Source: Callorhinchus milii (lineage: Eukaryota). Taken from it: a DNA stretch of 64,000 nt. The translations under genes and the position numbers were made by a program. Positions 51,566 through 64,000 of the stretch are shown here, piece by piece (within the stretch, counting starts at the first letter, position 1; each line of letters begins with the position of its first letter). The notes under the pieces were generated by a model. It searched no databases. It saw nothing but the letters and a program-made list of their open reading frames with translations, and was not told the DNA's origin. The DNA lies in contig NW_024704744.1 of the NCBI RefSeq assembly GCF_018977255.1, positions 16,430,001 to 16,494,000 of the forward strand. Direction: 5' to 3'.

Positions 51566-52119
51566 AAACCTGTTTTTGATTTACACTTGCCACCAACACA
51601 ACAGTGATATTAATTGTCAGAAATGTGTTTAAAACTGTACACAATGTTATCCATATTGTCAGTATAAATGAATAACGACTTTACTTAAATAGCAGACCTG
51701 AGAGAAGTGAACTTTGGGATGTTTGCAGGTGTGGAACAAATAGAGATTCAAAGCCATTATGTTAGGAATAGTCAGCAATGCTGTTTCCTCTTTACTTATT
51801 TTTTCAACAATTCGGGTTCAACATTTGGTGGGGGAAGGGGAATGAGGAGCAGAAATGTATATGGTATGTAATGCATCAAGGTACTTACACTTGATTTTGT
51901 AAAACATCTTTGATTCTTTTCTGATCCTGAACTGAATGGGTGCTTTCTAAGAGACACAACCCACCAGAGATTTGTTCTTTGTTTAGGATATAATGAAGAG
52001 ATTTCACCACAGCAGATATCCTATGTGGTTGGTTACCAATGACACAATGATTTACAGCACCAACTATTCAATATCAAGTTAATAAAAATAAAATGAAGAT
52101 TTTATTTATCTTGTATCGA

Positions 52120-53100
52120 ACTCCCAGCTTAGGTGCAAACCCATAACTGTACAGTCAGTGCCTTGGGATGTCCTTGCAGTGTAAAAGGCACTATATAAAT
52201 AAAATTTGTTGCTGATGTTGAATGAGTTCAATAAATTAAAAAGCGAGCATTTTTAGCTTGCAAGCCAGTAATGCCAGATGCCAGCCTTTTGCTTGATGGC
52301 CTGATTTTAAACTACATTTCTCTCAGACACACTAAACCAGTGCGCAATCTAGGCATCCAGCTTAACCCCCAGCTATCCTTCCTTCCCCATATCCGGTCCC
52401 TGACCAGGAACCCCTTCCTCCATCTCTGCCACATTGCCCGCCACTGACCATATCTTACCCCAGACTCAGCCAAAACACTTGTCCATGCGTTTGTGACTTC
52501 ATGACTGGATTACTCAAACCAGTGGCTTCCCATTACCGAACGGGTTGACTTTAAGATCCTCACACTCATTTTCAAATACCTTCACTATCAGGCACCTCCC
52601 TACTCTCCGACCTCCTCACTCCCCAATTCACCTGGCTCTTCCGCTCGACTGGCACCGGTCTCCTGCTCGTCCCTCACACCCTCCGCCCCACCATTGGAGG
52701 TTGCGCATTCAGCCACTACGCCCTGAAACTCTGGAACACTCTCCCTCAATCCCTCCGCCTTGCCCCCACTCTCCCCTTTTTCAAATCCCACCTAAAAACT
52801 TTCCTTTTCAACCGTGCTTACAGTCACCTCCCCCATCCATCCCTGCTCGGAGTCAGGTTCCGCCACTAGGAAGCACTCTGTGAAGCTTCCCTGAATGGAG
52901 GGCGCTATATAAAAGCAAGTTGTTGTTGTTGTACTTTTATATGAAATGAAATCTGCAGATGGCACCAGGTTAAACCAAAGTGGACTCGGACAACATGTGC
53001 TTAGAGTCACTTTCCCCTGACTTCAGGCTCTGCTACTGTTAAGTGTTCCAAGACACTACCCTATGTGAAGGGTGCTATAGAAATGCAAGTTGTTGTTGTG
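52120..53100 (+). mobile_element. Three same-strand L2 3' pieces (52120-52220, 52320-52930, 53010-53100)
   Basis: Three separate stem-loop plus (GTT)n tails; the middle copy has RNLGIQL..LVHAFV..LDYSN. Confidence 0.85.
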
Positions 53101-54269
53101 ATTTTTGATTCAGCTACAATGTGAGCTTATTATTTTCTCTGACACACACTCCCATGAAAAAACCCAGTCCTTTGATTCATTGAAACCTGAAAAAGGTTCC
53201 TCGTGTAACTCTGAATATATTCAGCTGGTTTTATTTTCAACTCCACAATCGCTGCATCAAATCCCATGAATTAACGCGTTAATTGGCAGAATGCAAGGTT
53301 CGCGCTGTACACAGAATGCTTAAATAGGGATCATACATGGGTGTATGAGTCACTTGTGAAGCAGCAAAGACAACATCTCAAGCCTGTTTTGGATTGTGTT
53401 TGAATAAAACGCTCAAGTGAAAGGTCACTGAATTTTGCCTTTCAAATTTTGATGGAATAAAATGATTCAGAGACACGCATAGGATCTAGGTCAGGAAACC
53501 CATGCCCTATCCAACTACTGGGCGCAACTGCATAATTCACATGGAAGCAGGAGCGAGCAAGTTAGAAAGCGTGAAATCAGATCAATTTATTTTGTGCCAA
53601 CCATCACTTGCCGTTCTGTGTTTATTGTACACAGAATGCAATTTTGTTTTATGTGTACATTTTAAAATTTTATTTTCCAGTTCTCGTTATAGCCATTTTC
53701 AGTAGGTCTTATCAAGGTGCGTGCAGTTAGAGACCTGGCTCATGTGATCTGGTGTTGTGCATTTCTGCCTGTTGTTGCTTTTAGTCTTTAGTTTGAAGGG
53801 TGAGAATGCAGGAGAATGCCTCACTAAAGCTGTGCAATGAATACTTTTGGACTCCTACATTTCCATTCAATGCTTTTCCAGCTGGAAAATGAACTCGAGA
53901 TCGCCATGTGACCAATGTTCCAGTGCTTTTCAGATTATTTATTCCAATTTAAAATTTAGCAGCAATTTTTTTAAAAAAAGCAATGGAAATCAGGCTGTCA
54001 CTTCTGATATTCTTGTTGTTGCCAACAGTGAAGCTGAGTACAGAAATGTACTTCTATTATGGTGGAAAAATAAAGCTGGGTAGTTAGAAGTAAGAATGAA
54101 AGCTTTTCTTTGGAATCCTGCCTTGCTCAAACAAACTGACATTTTTTTTATCAATACTGTATTTATGCTGCTGGGAGCAGTGGACTTCTCTGCATTGCTC
54201 GCAGTAATAGAGAGATACAGAATAGGAAGCCCAATTTGTATTCCTGCTCCACAGTCCAGTGCGAGGGCT

Positions 54270-54720
54270 ATTTCGGCTCCACGAGTCTATCGATCCCTTC
54301 CTGACTTCCCTTCCTCCAGGAGATTGAGTTCAAGATCCTCACCCTAACCTTTGAATCTTTCCACAGTCTTGCCCCACCCTACCTCTGTGACCCTCTCAAA
54401 CCCTACCAACCTGCCTACTCCCTCTGCCTCCTAGGCACTGGCCTGCTTCGTGGCCCTACACCCCAACTGCTTTTAGTGTATCTGCCCCCACCTTTTGGAA
54501 CTCCAAACCAAATTCCCTTTGCCTTGTCCTACTCTTGCCTCCTTCAAGGTCTACCTCAAGATCTTCCTCTTTGTCTGCACCTTTGGTCATCTTTCATTCC
54601 CACCCTTCTTGGCTCCCATCTCAAGCTTAAGTGCAAACCCCGTACTATCCAACCCCTTGGGACATCCTGCCGATATGAAAGGCTGTATATAAATATCAAT
54701 TTGTTGTTGTTGCTGTTGAT
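54270..54720 (+). mobile_element. L2 3' end (old)
   Basis: gagttcaagatcctcaccctaacc..gccccaccctacctc..(GTT)n. Confidence 0.82.
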
Positions 54721-54817
54721 GTAAATAAGCTTGGTGCAGCTTTGCACACTATTTGTTTAATGTTATTATAATCGGTTCTTTAATAATGTTTGTCCACCTG
54801 ACATGAAAGGGACTTCT

Positions 54818-54870
54818 GACTAGTTATAATAATCCTTACTATCCTAAAAGTAGGATTATTATAACTAGTC
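54818..54870. repeat. Perfect inverted repeat, 19-bp arms, 15-nt loop
   Basis: gactagttataataatcct-tactatcctaaaagt-aggattattataactagtc. Confidence 0.95.
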
Positions 54871-55599
54871 TGTGCTGGTGTTTATTCTCCACATGAGCTT
54901 CTACCCCTCTTAAACCTCGCTTGATATCTGCCTCCCATATCCCTCTATTCCCTTCTCTTAGGTAAAGCTCATTCACTTGCAAAGGATGAACATCGGGAAG
55001 ATGAAAAGACAGGAGAGAAGATGAATTTAATGTCACTCTAAGATTGAACTGTAACATAGAAAGAAGGTAATAACCTCCAATGGATCAGCACAGAGACATT
55101 CCTCCTGACAGCTTGAACAGTTACCATTGCTGTGGAGCTGAGAAAGTCCTCAGCAGGAAAAAAAGAGTTTACTGGCTCAAAAAAGTACCTGTAGTATAAA
55201 CGGTGTCTCCAGCAGGTAATGCTATTTACATCACATTGGTTTACCATCTTGGATCAGTTTACGTTAAAATTAAATGGAATTGAAATTGTGGCATTTGCAT
55301 ACTGGTTGGTTGAGATCGATTTTGAGTTCCAGTTTGGTTACAGTTATGGCTTCTGCTATCCAATTTGCTGACACAAAAACATTGCAAGTCTAAGGCTGAG
55401 AAAGGCTATTTTATATTTTCCAATGAGCAAACTGCAGCTTTTCTCAGCCCAGAAATGGCACTGAAGTAAAACGATGGCCGTGACTGCAATATTGATGGCC
55501 TCTGAGGTCACCTTATTTTTTGGCCTTTGTTTTAAAAGCAAATTTGGTAGTGATTCCTGCTATTTCAATCACAACCTGTTAATTCAATCCCAAATTGGA

Positions 55600-55742
55600 T
55601 ATTTACTCAAAAGAAAAAAATCGCAAGGCTATGGGAAAAGAACAGGACAGTGGGAATAGTTGGATAGCTCTTTCAAAGAGCTGGCACAGGCACAATGGGT
55701 CGAATGGCCTCCTTCTGTGTTGTAGGATTCTATAATTCTAAC
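55600..55742 (+). mobile_element. CR1 3' end
   Basis: ggctatgggaaaagaacagg..ggatagctctttcaaagagctggcacagg..gaatggcctccttctgtg..attcta. Confidence 0.8.
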
Positions 55743-56885
55743 TCAGAAGTCACAATTAACAGAGTGAATCCTTGTTTTGCAATGCTGCATTCTCAATCCC
55801 AAACAACTAGTCGCTGATTTCCTGCATTTTAAATGTGCGAACCAACTGACCCAATAATGTGGACTAATGTCATTGTTATGTAATCTGTAATCACTGAAAT
55901 AATTCGTCTAATGGAATCTTTCCCTGGAAATAGATAATGGTTCATGTCACGGCAAGTTAATTACAACAACAAAATCTCCTCAGTTCCCACATGAGAAGGG
56001 CAATGCAGTACAACATGGATTACAATAGCTGACATTTAGATTTCTTTTATATAATCCGTTCTGAATTAACACTGTTGTAAGGTACACGATTCACGATACT
56101 GCCAGTCCAAAAATATTTTTGACTTCAAAAGCTTCATTTATATTTTAAATTGCACTCGCCTAAGGGTGAATTTTCCATTAATTCTGCAATTCGGCCCGTG
56201 AAAAAAATAAATACTGAAATCAATTGCCTTGACATTGTGCCTGCTGTATTTTAATACGATCCTGTGCCTGCAGTTAAAGAAAATACAATCAGGACATTTG
56301 TTACTCCAAAGGATGAAAATATAGAGGGTTTGGTGCAAAACTATCAGGGAGCTGAAACACACCAAGACAAGACTTAATTAAGCCAATGAATTCAAGCTAG
56401 CAGCTTCAGTTTGAATGGATTTCTTTTCAAATCATATTACAGTCTGCTGCATTGACGTCACTTTCAGTGACATCAGCACATTCTTCTATGCTGTGTGAAT
56501 GGAGGAACAAATTGATCCCAGTGGGGGCTGCATGCTCAGATGCTCCGAGTGAATCGAGACTTGATGTTTAGCCGGGCTGAGATACGTGTGCGTTTTTTTT
56601 TATCCATCAGCAGACTCCTGTCTTTCCTGACCTGCGGCAGCTGCAGTTTTCAATTTTCTTCCCCTTTCCAATCTCTCTTTGTGATTAATGTGGGATCAGC
56701 CCTTTATTTTACGATGCTACTCCCACTCACTGGGATGCAGTAATGTGACTCAAGACTCACAGCCGATACATTGGTATTGTATAAATACAGGAAGCACCAG
56801 GGATTCCCCAGAGATGCTGATATGAATGATCCTTTATTGTTCATGGCTTAAATGTGATCACAACTTAGATAAATTATGTGTCCCT

Positions 56886-57825
56886 TGGCTCCCTGATGTA
56901 TACTTTAGTTTTATATAATGAGTGTGACCTCGAGCTACAGTGACGCAGCCTCATGGGGCCACAAAGCAACACAGCAATCTGTCATAGCAACTGTGATGGC
57001 TGGGCAGTGCTGCTGAACCATCTCACAAACCCAGACAAGCCATTTTACAACAAAAATGTTACATTTATACAACACCTTTCACGTCTCAAAGTGCTTTACA
57101 CACCTGACAGGGAGCCCTCATTGGGGCTGAGGAGAGCGGAGGAAGGTGGACGTTGGGAATTGGGGTGGGGGGGGGTGGGGTGGGAGGGGGACGGAGGTGA
57201 CCCAATGCGCGTTTGAAAAGAAAACTTTTATGTGGCGTTTAAAGGTGGGGAGGGATGAGGGGTGAGATGGAGGGCTGGAGTTTCAGAGGGTGGAGGTAAG
57301 AATGGCTGAAAGTCTGCTCGCTAACTGTGGATCATGGACGAGTCAGGTGGGGGACATGAATCAGGCTGCTGAGTAGAGCTTTCAATTAGCGAGCAGGCTT
57401 TCAGCTATTCTCACCTCCGCTCTCTGGAACTCCAGCCCTCCATCTCGCCCCTCATCCCTCCCCACCTTTAAAAGCCACATAAAAGTTTTCTTTTCAAACG
57501 CGCATTGGGTCAGCTCCCCCCACTATCCCCAACCCCCTACCCGCCCCAATTCCCAACCTGCACCTTCCCTGCTCTCCTCAGCCCCAATGAGGGCTCCCTG
57601 TCAGGCATGTCAAGCACTTTGAGACGTGAAAGGTGCTGTACAAATGTAACATTTTTGTTGTTGTAAAATGGCTTGTCTGGGTTTGTGAAATGGTTCAGCA
57701 GCACTGCCCAGCCATCACAGTTGCTATGACAGATTGCTGTGCTGCTTTGTGGCCCCATGAGGCTGCGTCACTGTAGCTCAAGGTCACACTCATTATATAA
57801 AACTAAAGTATACATCAGGGAGCCA
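56886..57825. repeat. Large inverted duplication (arms about 56886-57325 and 57385-57825, spacer about 60 bp)
   Basis: Arms are reverse complements from tggctccctgatgta to gctcgctaa; mirrored ORFs 56953+ and 57758- translate almost identically; each arm is about 160 bp unique DNA plus an L2 3' end. Confidence 0.98.
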
Positions 57826-58300
57826 TTAAAAATATTAAAAGTAGATGCAAAATAAAGTTGTACCTAACAAACAATGGGGTCTGATTTACAGGATTTCTTG
57901 ATGGGATTTCCTAATATAGAATCCAAATCTCGTAAGTGTGGACTTCGTCTGGTAACCACTCAGATGTGATTGACAGTATTTCTTGCACAATGTTCTAACC
58001 TTTCAGCCATTATCCCACCGGGGATTCAAATGGGTTTCCCTAATATTAAGGAATCGAGACTGGACCCAACACCTCTTATACAACATGTATGACCAACTCA
58101 GCATGTTACTGGATCAGTAATCTAATTAATGGCTACTACAGTTTTATGAAACTTATGTAAAGAAAATTTATGCCTTATAATATTCATCATTTTTTACGAA
58201 ATATACTATCCATTTGTATAAATTTCATGCATTTGGACAGGGACAGAATATTCTTGATTTTTACTCATCTGTAAATAATAATAATAATGATAATAACATT

Positions 58301-58895
58301 ATAATAATTTGGGACTCACAAGTGCATACAGATAGAACAGTAATCTGCAATAAAACAGATACTGTATAATCATAAAAAAACGATATTGCACATGCAGTAT
58401 TATTTATGTGACCATTCCAAATGATTACAATGTATGAAATGAGGAACTACAGAAGATCAGGAAACATGTTGATCTACAAACTGAATGTGGATGCATGTGG
58501 AGGTACAAGACAAGCATAGTTCCTATGGTCATTGATGCAACTGGTACTGTTAATAAGACAAATCAGAAATGGTTTGATAATATACTGGTGCACAAAATGT
58601 CCACCTCCTGTAGAAAGTAGTTACTTGGGGAAGTTCAAATATACTAAGAAACTTAACATCCATTCATATGTAACATGGCAGTGTTATTAGTCTAGCTGAC
58701 CCATCACTGAAAACCACTTAGAATCTACTTCTACAGAGTGATCTAAATTGCAATAACATAATAATAATAGTAATAATAATCATAACTATGTAACCTGGCA
58801 ATGTTATTGGTCTGGCTGACTCATCGCTGAAAACCACTTAGAAATTACCTCTACAGAGTGATTTAAATTGTAATAACATAATAATAGCAATAATC
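58301..58895 (+). mobile_element. R4-clade (Dong/Rex6-like) non-LTR element 3' end: restriction-like endonuclease plus duplicated 3' UTR
   Basis: IIWDSQVHTDRTVICNKTDTV..CSIIYVTIPNDYNV*NEELQKIRKHVDLQTECGCMWRYKTSIVPMVIDATGTV..LL*KVVTWGSSNILR fits the RLE pattern WD..IxTD....N.PD..ID..IP.D.N...E..K..KY..L..E...MW......PxVIGA.G..LQK...G...ILR; TAA tracts on both sides. Confidence 0.8.
58667..58895 (+). repeat. Tandem duplication, 120-bp period, two copies
   Basis: tatgtaac.tggca.tgttatt..ctgaaaaccacttag..ctacagagtgat.taaattg.aataacata(ata)n starts at 58667 and again at 58787. Confidence 0.95.
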
Positions 58896-59300
58896 ATTTT
58901 TACATTTGCCACAGCAACTTTCACATCAAGAAGACAGCTCAAGCTTTCACAGGCTTCACTGCAAAGTGCAGCAACCATATGCTGTGTAGACTAATACAGC
59001 AAACAACCTCGCACAGCAGTGTCCCACAAAATGAATGCCAAATCTTATTCGGGGGGATGTTGGCCAGGACACAGAGAGAAACTCCCTTCTCTTTTTGCCA
59101 TGGGATTTTTAACAACCACTTGAACAAGCAGGTGGGACCTCGGTTTAACGTCTCATCCGCAGGAAGATACCTCCATAATGCAGCAATACCCCATCACTAC
59201 ACTGGTCTCAGCTTAGACTATATGTCCCAAGGCCCAAAGTGGGGTTTGAACCCTCAACCTTCTAACTCAGAGACGAGTGCTACCGACTGAGCCAGGCTGA
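58892..59300 (-). mobile_element. Deu-domain SINE, near full length
   Basis: gcacagcagtgtcccaca, ttggccaggacac, cctcggtttaacgtctcatccg, tttgaaccc..accttct..ctcaga..gactgagcca. Confidence 0.88.
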
Positions 59301-59884
59301 TATACACTATCACATCATGAGTCATCATTATATCTCAAGTCTTTAAGCATTAACATTTTAAAACATATTTCTGTAGATTAAATCTCCATATGATGAATCC
59401 TAATTGTACTTGCTTGGCATTTATGTTATCATTGACTTTCAGTCTATAATTAGAGCATTTCTGAGCTTTCTAACTCAGGATATTCCAATGGGAATCGTCA
59501 ATTGACAGCATTTTCAACATGAAAGTTATGTTAGATTGTAATTTTGTAGAAAGGGTATCAATGTTGGAAAATATTAGAGGGAAACTATTTTGTATGGCAT
59601 GTGCATACACACTAGGAGCTCACCTGTGAAGCTTTTGTAATTGTAATGAGTGAAAAACTGTCAGAATCAAGCTGAGAATACCTGTGTAAATATCTTGTCG
59701 TACTGTAATAAAATGTTGTGAAGCTACCACATTGGGAATACCTCACAGCGTTAATGTAGTCTGCTGCTCAAACTCTCAGCTTCAGATGTCATTGGTCAAA
59801 TCATTAGCTTGAAGCATCAGGCTGCAGTCTAGTATAATGGGGGGGGGAGGGTGAAGGAAGGGAAAAACACTGGTTTGAATTGGA

Positions 59885-60082
59885 TTACCTTTGATCTGCG
59901 AACCTCTGGAACTCAATCCCTCCATCTGCCTTCTCTTTAGCCATCTTCTGATCGCATCTGAAGACTTTCTTCTTCAACTGTGTCTGCGATCACCTCCTCT
60001 TTCTTCACTGCTCAGCATCAAACTACACTATTGCTCTGCAGTCCCCCGTGAAAGGCGTTATATGAATGCAAGTGTTGTTGCT
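59885..60082 (+). mobile_element. L2 3' end (old)
   Basis: ctctggaactc..ccccgtgaaaggcgttatatgaatgcaagtgttgttg. Confidence 0.7.
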
Positions 60083-60388
60083 TGGTCAGTGAGCAATGCT
60101 GGGATGTAGTTGACTGATCTGTGGCTCAACTCAGCCCATAAATAAATAGATAAATAAATATTCTTGCACTTGATATTGTGTCTTCCACATCAGAAGAACA
60201 TCTCAAAGCAGCACTTCCAAGATACAGTATATTGTAAAGTGTAGTGATTGGGTATTTTTGCAGGGGAATGTAACAGATAGGATGTCAAATGAACAATGGT
60301 TTGCAACTAGATTATTTTTTGATAGGCGGGGAGATGTACAAATAAAAAAGAAATCAAATGTATAATGTAGAATTGCGGTGGGGAGACA

Positions 60389-60470
60389 TACAATGCAGCC
60401 CCGATATAATACACTTCACTATAACGTAAACTTAGTTCTAATGCAGTTACATTGCGCATCCCATTAAAAA
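60389..60470 (+). mobile_element. Possible pogo/Tigger-type MITE terminus
   Basis: TA-CA(A)TG..ccccgatataat..ctataacg resembles Tigger-type ends; no partner end found. Confidence 0.25.
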
Positions 60471-61759
60471 AGGAGAAATTGGTTATTCACTTCATGGCTG
60501 TTTGTGGGACATTGCTGCATGCAAATTGGCTGTTGTATTTGCTCTCAAACATACATCACGTAACTTCACTGCAAATCCTGCAAATTGCGAAATGTTTAAT
60601 ATAGGTGATATCTCAAATGTAAGAATTATTACTATGGAGAAAATGCCTGAGGTAAATGTATGGAATGTCAAAGTACAAGTATTTCCGATGGCGTCCAGTG
60701 AGGTAATGAACCATGTATGTTTTGTAACAGCCTTTAGTTATCATTGACTTTGTACAAATAGTTGGTTCTGTTGTCAGGCAGCAATCATTCAATGATTTCT
60801 GATGGGATTCCCTAATATGAAATGGGGGTTGCTGTGTTCACTTACACAGTAACTACACTTTACAGCAAATCCTGTGAAGTGCTTTGTGATGTCTCAACAA
60901 TGTGATAAGGCGCTATGTCTAATGCAAGAATTATTATTAGTAATATTATATACTATTTTACTGTTGTTGAAAGAGAAAAAGAAATAATAATAGAGAGAGA
61001 GAGAACTCAGATGCAGATACTTTGCAGCATGTTCTAAAATATATCAATCAAAATCTGTCAAGATGGTCTTATTCCCATTCTTCAGTGTGATTGACTCCAA
61101 AACCTTTGGTCCTACAAAACTCTACAACTGCCCCATGATGTAAGATCTTCCTGAACACATGTTTCCCTTTATTCTTACAAAGATACCTTGGCTAATGAAT
61201 ACACATTTACCGAGGTTAATGGAGATACCTAACCCCTAATTGCAAAGGTGAAGTCTGAAGAATGCCTTGGTTATTTCAAAGCCTTTGTTTCCTTCACGCT
61301 TAATATTTATTTCACAAACACTGAATTATCCCAGGTGTAGATCGAATGGTGTTTAAAGTGAGAAAAAGTTACATTTTTCTAGTGTCTTAGGATACCAAGA
61401 AAACATTTCAAAGTGCTTCACACTGGAGTTTAAAATGAGACATTTGCAAAATCACTGAGCTGATTCTGATTTCCACATGTGTGAAATGTGTGATTCTCTT
61501 CCAAAGTGGGAGTCACTATTTTGGCTAGCATTTTGCTTTTGAGCAATTTTTCAGCTGAGAGAAGGCCCGAAAAGGTTGACAGAAGATTGGAAAGCAAGCA
61601 AATGACTTAAAAACTGCCTTTGCTGCCTCCAGTATCATACAATTTCTTAGTGGATTTCATATAGAATTTGCAAACAAATTTTGTAATTTCAGACACAAAT
61701 TGATCACAATTATCAGAGCCACGTCTGGGATGTGAATATTAGCATTTTTAATCCAAATG

Positions 61760-62000
61760 TCAAGCTACTGCTTTTGTTGGCAAACATGGCAGCCATTTCC
61801 ACTGGCGAGGTCCACACACAGCAATTCGGTGGATGACAAGTCTATCTGGAGGATTATAGCCAAGTTACAGGGAGGAATTCAGTTCGCTTTTGGAATTGTT
61901 AAATGGGTTATTTAATGTTAACCTGGAAAGCAGGCAGAAGGACCTCAGTTTAACATCTCACCTGAAAGACTGTACCGATGCATCGTCAGCCTAAACCGTT
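61760..62000 (-). mobile_element. Deu-domain SINE (very old)
   Basis: ggcaaacatggcagcca..gacctcagtttaacatctcacctgaaaga. Confidence 0.65.
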
Positions 62001-63935
62001 ATGTTTCTGTGGTCAGATTGGCCGCACTGGTGTCTAACACAAATGGATGTTTGTAATGGGATTTCCCATTTTCTTCATATTTATCATTAAAAGTCAATTA
62101 ACAAGTGTCCCATGAATGTAAATCAATTTGACATTAAAGCTTGACTCACATCACTGTGATGTGCGGAATCTTACTTGATATGGTTCAGGGCAAGGTTCTA
62201 TTATGAAATCAGAAACACTAGCTGTATATTTATTGCTTGAATGAATAATTTAATGCTTCTTGTGAAATTTGGCTGCGGTTTTGTTCTTGATTTATAAACA
62301 TGTCATTTTGTTTAGTTTCTCTGTGCCAAACACTGCAAACTTTCTGGGTGGGAATAGATTCCACTACATCCTGCTTCGGTAGCAATAGATTGGTGCATCT
62401 AACCCTGAACTGTAAAGGCTGCAAAGTTATGTTCCAGAAGATGGGAAAAGATGAATTGGTCGATGTGAAATGTTGATCATTCAGGGCAAACTTAGCTCTT
62501 TGTCAAAGGTGTTGATGCAACCCAGTATTGAATGTGAGGTTGATTCAGAGTTTAATTGAATACAACCACAGAAACCCCATATAATTTCTGGTGTGCTTCA
62601 CTGCCAAGGATATCCCTGTTCTTTCTGTTCACTCTTCTCAATGGCTGCACCTCTTCTGAGTAGAATAAAAAATATCGACAGTAAACGGACTGGTTTTGAG
62701 TGACAATTGAAAAAGATATACACTGTCATGAAAATATTTCTGGAGCCTCACAATTTCAATGGATTAAGTGTATTGCTATATGCTATGGACATTTTGACTT
62801 GTTCAGTGTATTGCTGTCATGGTGTTTACATTTCCATCTACATGATTTTGTAAATAATCTTTTTTTCAGTAGCATCTGATATGTTTCTTTCTATCTTTCC
62901 GGTAACTCCGTAGTACATTGTGCTTTCCTAGGAAAAAAATGGTATTCTTTCCACCAGCAGAAACCATAGCAATCATCCTTGGCCCCTCCCTTGCTGTCTT
63001 CAAAACCTCATTTAAGCTTGATTTTTTTGACTGTGCTTCCTGCGCCCAGCTCAAGCTCCCTGTGAAGCACTTTGCAATGTCCTCCTCATGTAAAAGGCAT
63101 TATATAAATAGAAATAATTACTTCTCTTAAAAATATTGTTCTCAATCCCATTGAATATCCTATGTACAGAAGATCCCTGTTATAAGGCAGCTAGTAGTTG
63201 GGGTTCTGACTGCTCACATGTGCAATGCCCATTATGAGATGCCCAATGCTTTGTCTCTTCTCGACTGACAAACGCTTGCTTATTTATCTAGTTGTTCCTC
63301 TTAGCTCATCCCTCTAACAGTAGATTAATTCTTCTTGTTCTCATCTGTACTGTCTCATATGCGTGGGCAATTGGGATGAGCACAGTGCTCCAAGAGTAGG
63401 ACTCTGCCCAGCACACTGTACAGCTTCAGCTTGACTTCTGGGGATATGAACTCAACTGATTTGGCAATGTTACACAAAGTTGCTGGCCTTGTCCTTGCTG
63501 CTAGAACAAAGAGATTGAATAACATCCACAACACCTGTTGTACCAGACACATTAACAGTTAGTTGCTTATCTCCGTCCCTGCCACTGCCCAACCTGATGG
63601 AATGGAGCCAAACACCCAGCAGCTGCTCACAGGGATGAGGCAATTAGAACTCATTGTTGATTTTATGTGAAACCTGGATAACGTTACCGATTAAATTGCC
63701 ATTTTTAGCAATTGGCATGTCACAAACCACCATTATGTAGGAGCAAAACAACAGAGTTCATAATTGTGGTTTGTGAGCCGCAATCACCCTAAATCTAAAG
63801 TAAAGGCTCCCCCTCTCCCTTGCTTGGCATCTAGCCCTGCCATTGTGAAGCTCTTCGAAACGCTATGTGAAGGGCACGAGATCAAAGCAATTTGTCATTG
63901 CTGTTGGAAGAATAAGTAAACTGACAATATAATGT

Positions 63936-64000
63936 GGAGTCCTGTAGCTCAGTGGTTAGAGCACTCGCTTTGCAAGCGAGAAACCTGACTTCAATTCCAG
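63936..64000 (+). mobile_element. Young tRNA-derived SINE head, cut by the window end
   Basis: GGAGTCCTGTAGCTCAGTGGTTAGAGCACTCGCTTTGCAAGCGAG, the same head as the five minus-strand copies. Confidence 0.9.

Noticed and set aside
53269-53284. 16-bp palindrome aattaacgcgttaatt
   Set aside because: An 8-bp-arm palindrome is expected about once in 64 kb by chance.
56953-57758. Pair of near-identical small ORFs as duplicated genes
   Set aside because: They simply mirror the inverted duplication and run into L2 sequence.
58667-58895. CRISPR-like or other prokaryotic array
   Set aside because: Only two units with no unique spacers in vertebrate DNA; explained as a duplicated retroelement 3' end.
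63936-64000. tRNA-Ala(TGC)-like gene
   Set aside because: The same head is attached to SINE bodies at five other sites, and the B box is mutated here; it is a SINE, not a tRNA gene.

Overview
Repeat-rich, AT-rich vertebrate non-coding DNA. The repeat repertoire (Deu-domain SacSINE1-like SINEs, LF-SINE-like remnants, abundant L2 and CR1 fragments) points to a cartilaginous fish, most plausibly a holocephalan (inference from remembered repeat families, no search run). I recognise no host protein-coding gene: every ORF with a recognisable motif is a decayed retrotransposon piece. The window is dominated by 5'-truncated L2 LINEs with (GTT)n tails and by two generations of tRNA-derived SINEs with (ATT)n tails that share the L2 3' stem-loop. 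Rarer elements read from the sequence: a decayed non-LTR RT unlike L2/CR1 (RTEX-like, 32.5-33.3 kb), an R4/Dong-type restriction-like-endonuclease element inside a TAA tract (58.3-58.9 kb), and an RTE fragment (10.3-10.6 kb). Structural oddities: a ~940-bp fold-back duplication (56886-57825), a spacer-less perfect 54-bp palindrome (19875-19928), a 92-bp locally templated insertion inside a CR1, and two perfect 15-19-bp hairpins. Repeat boundaries were read by eye and are approximate unless stated otherwise.
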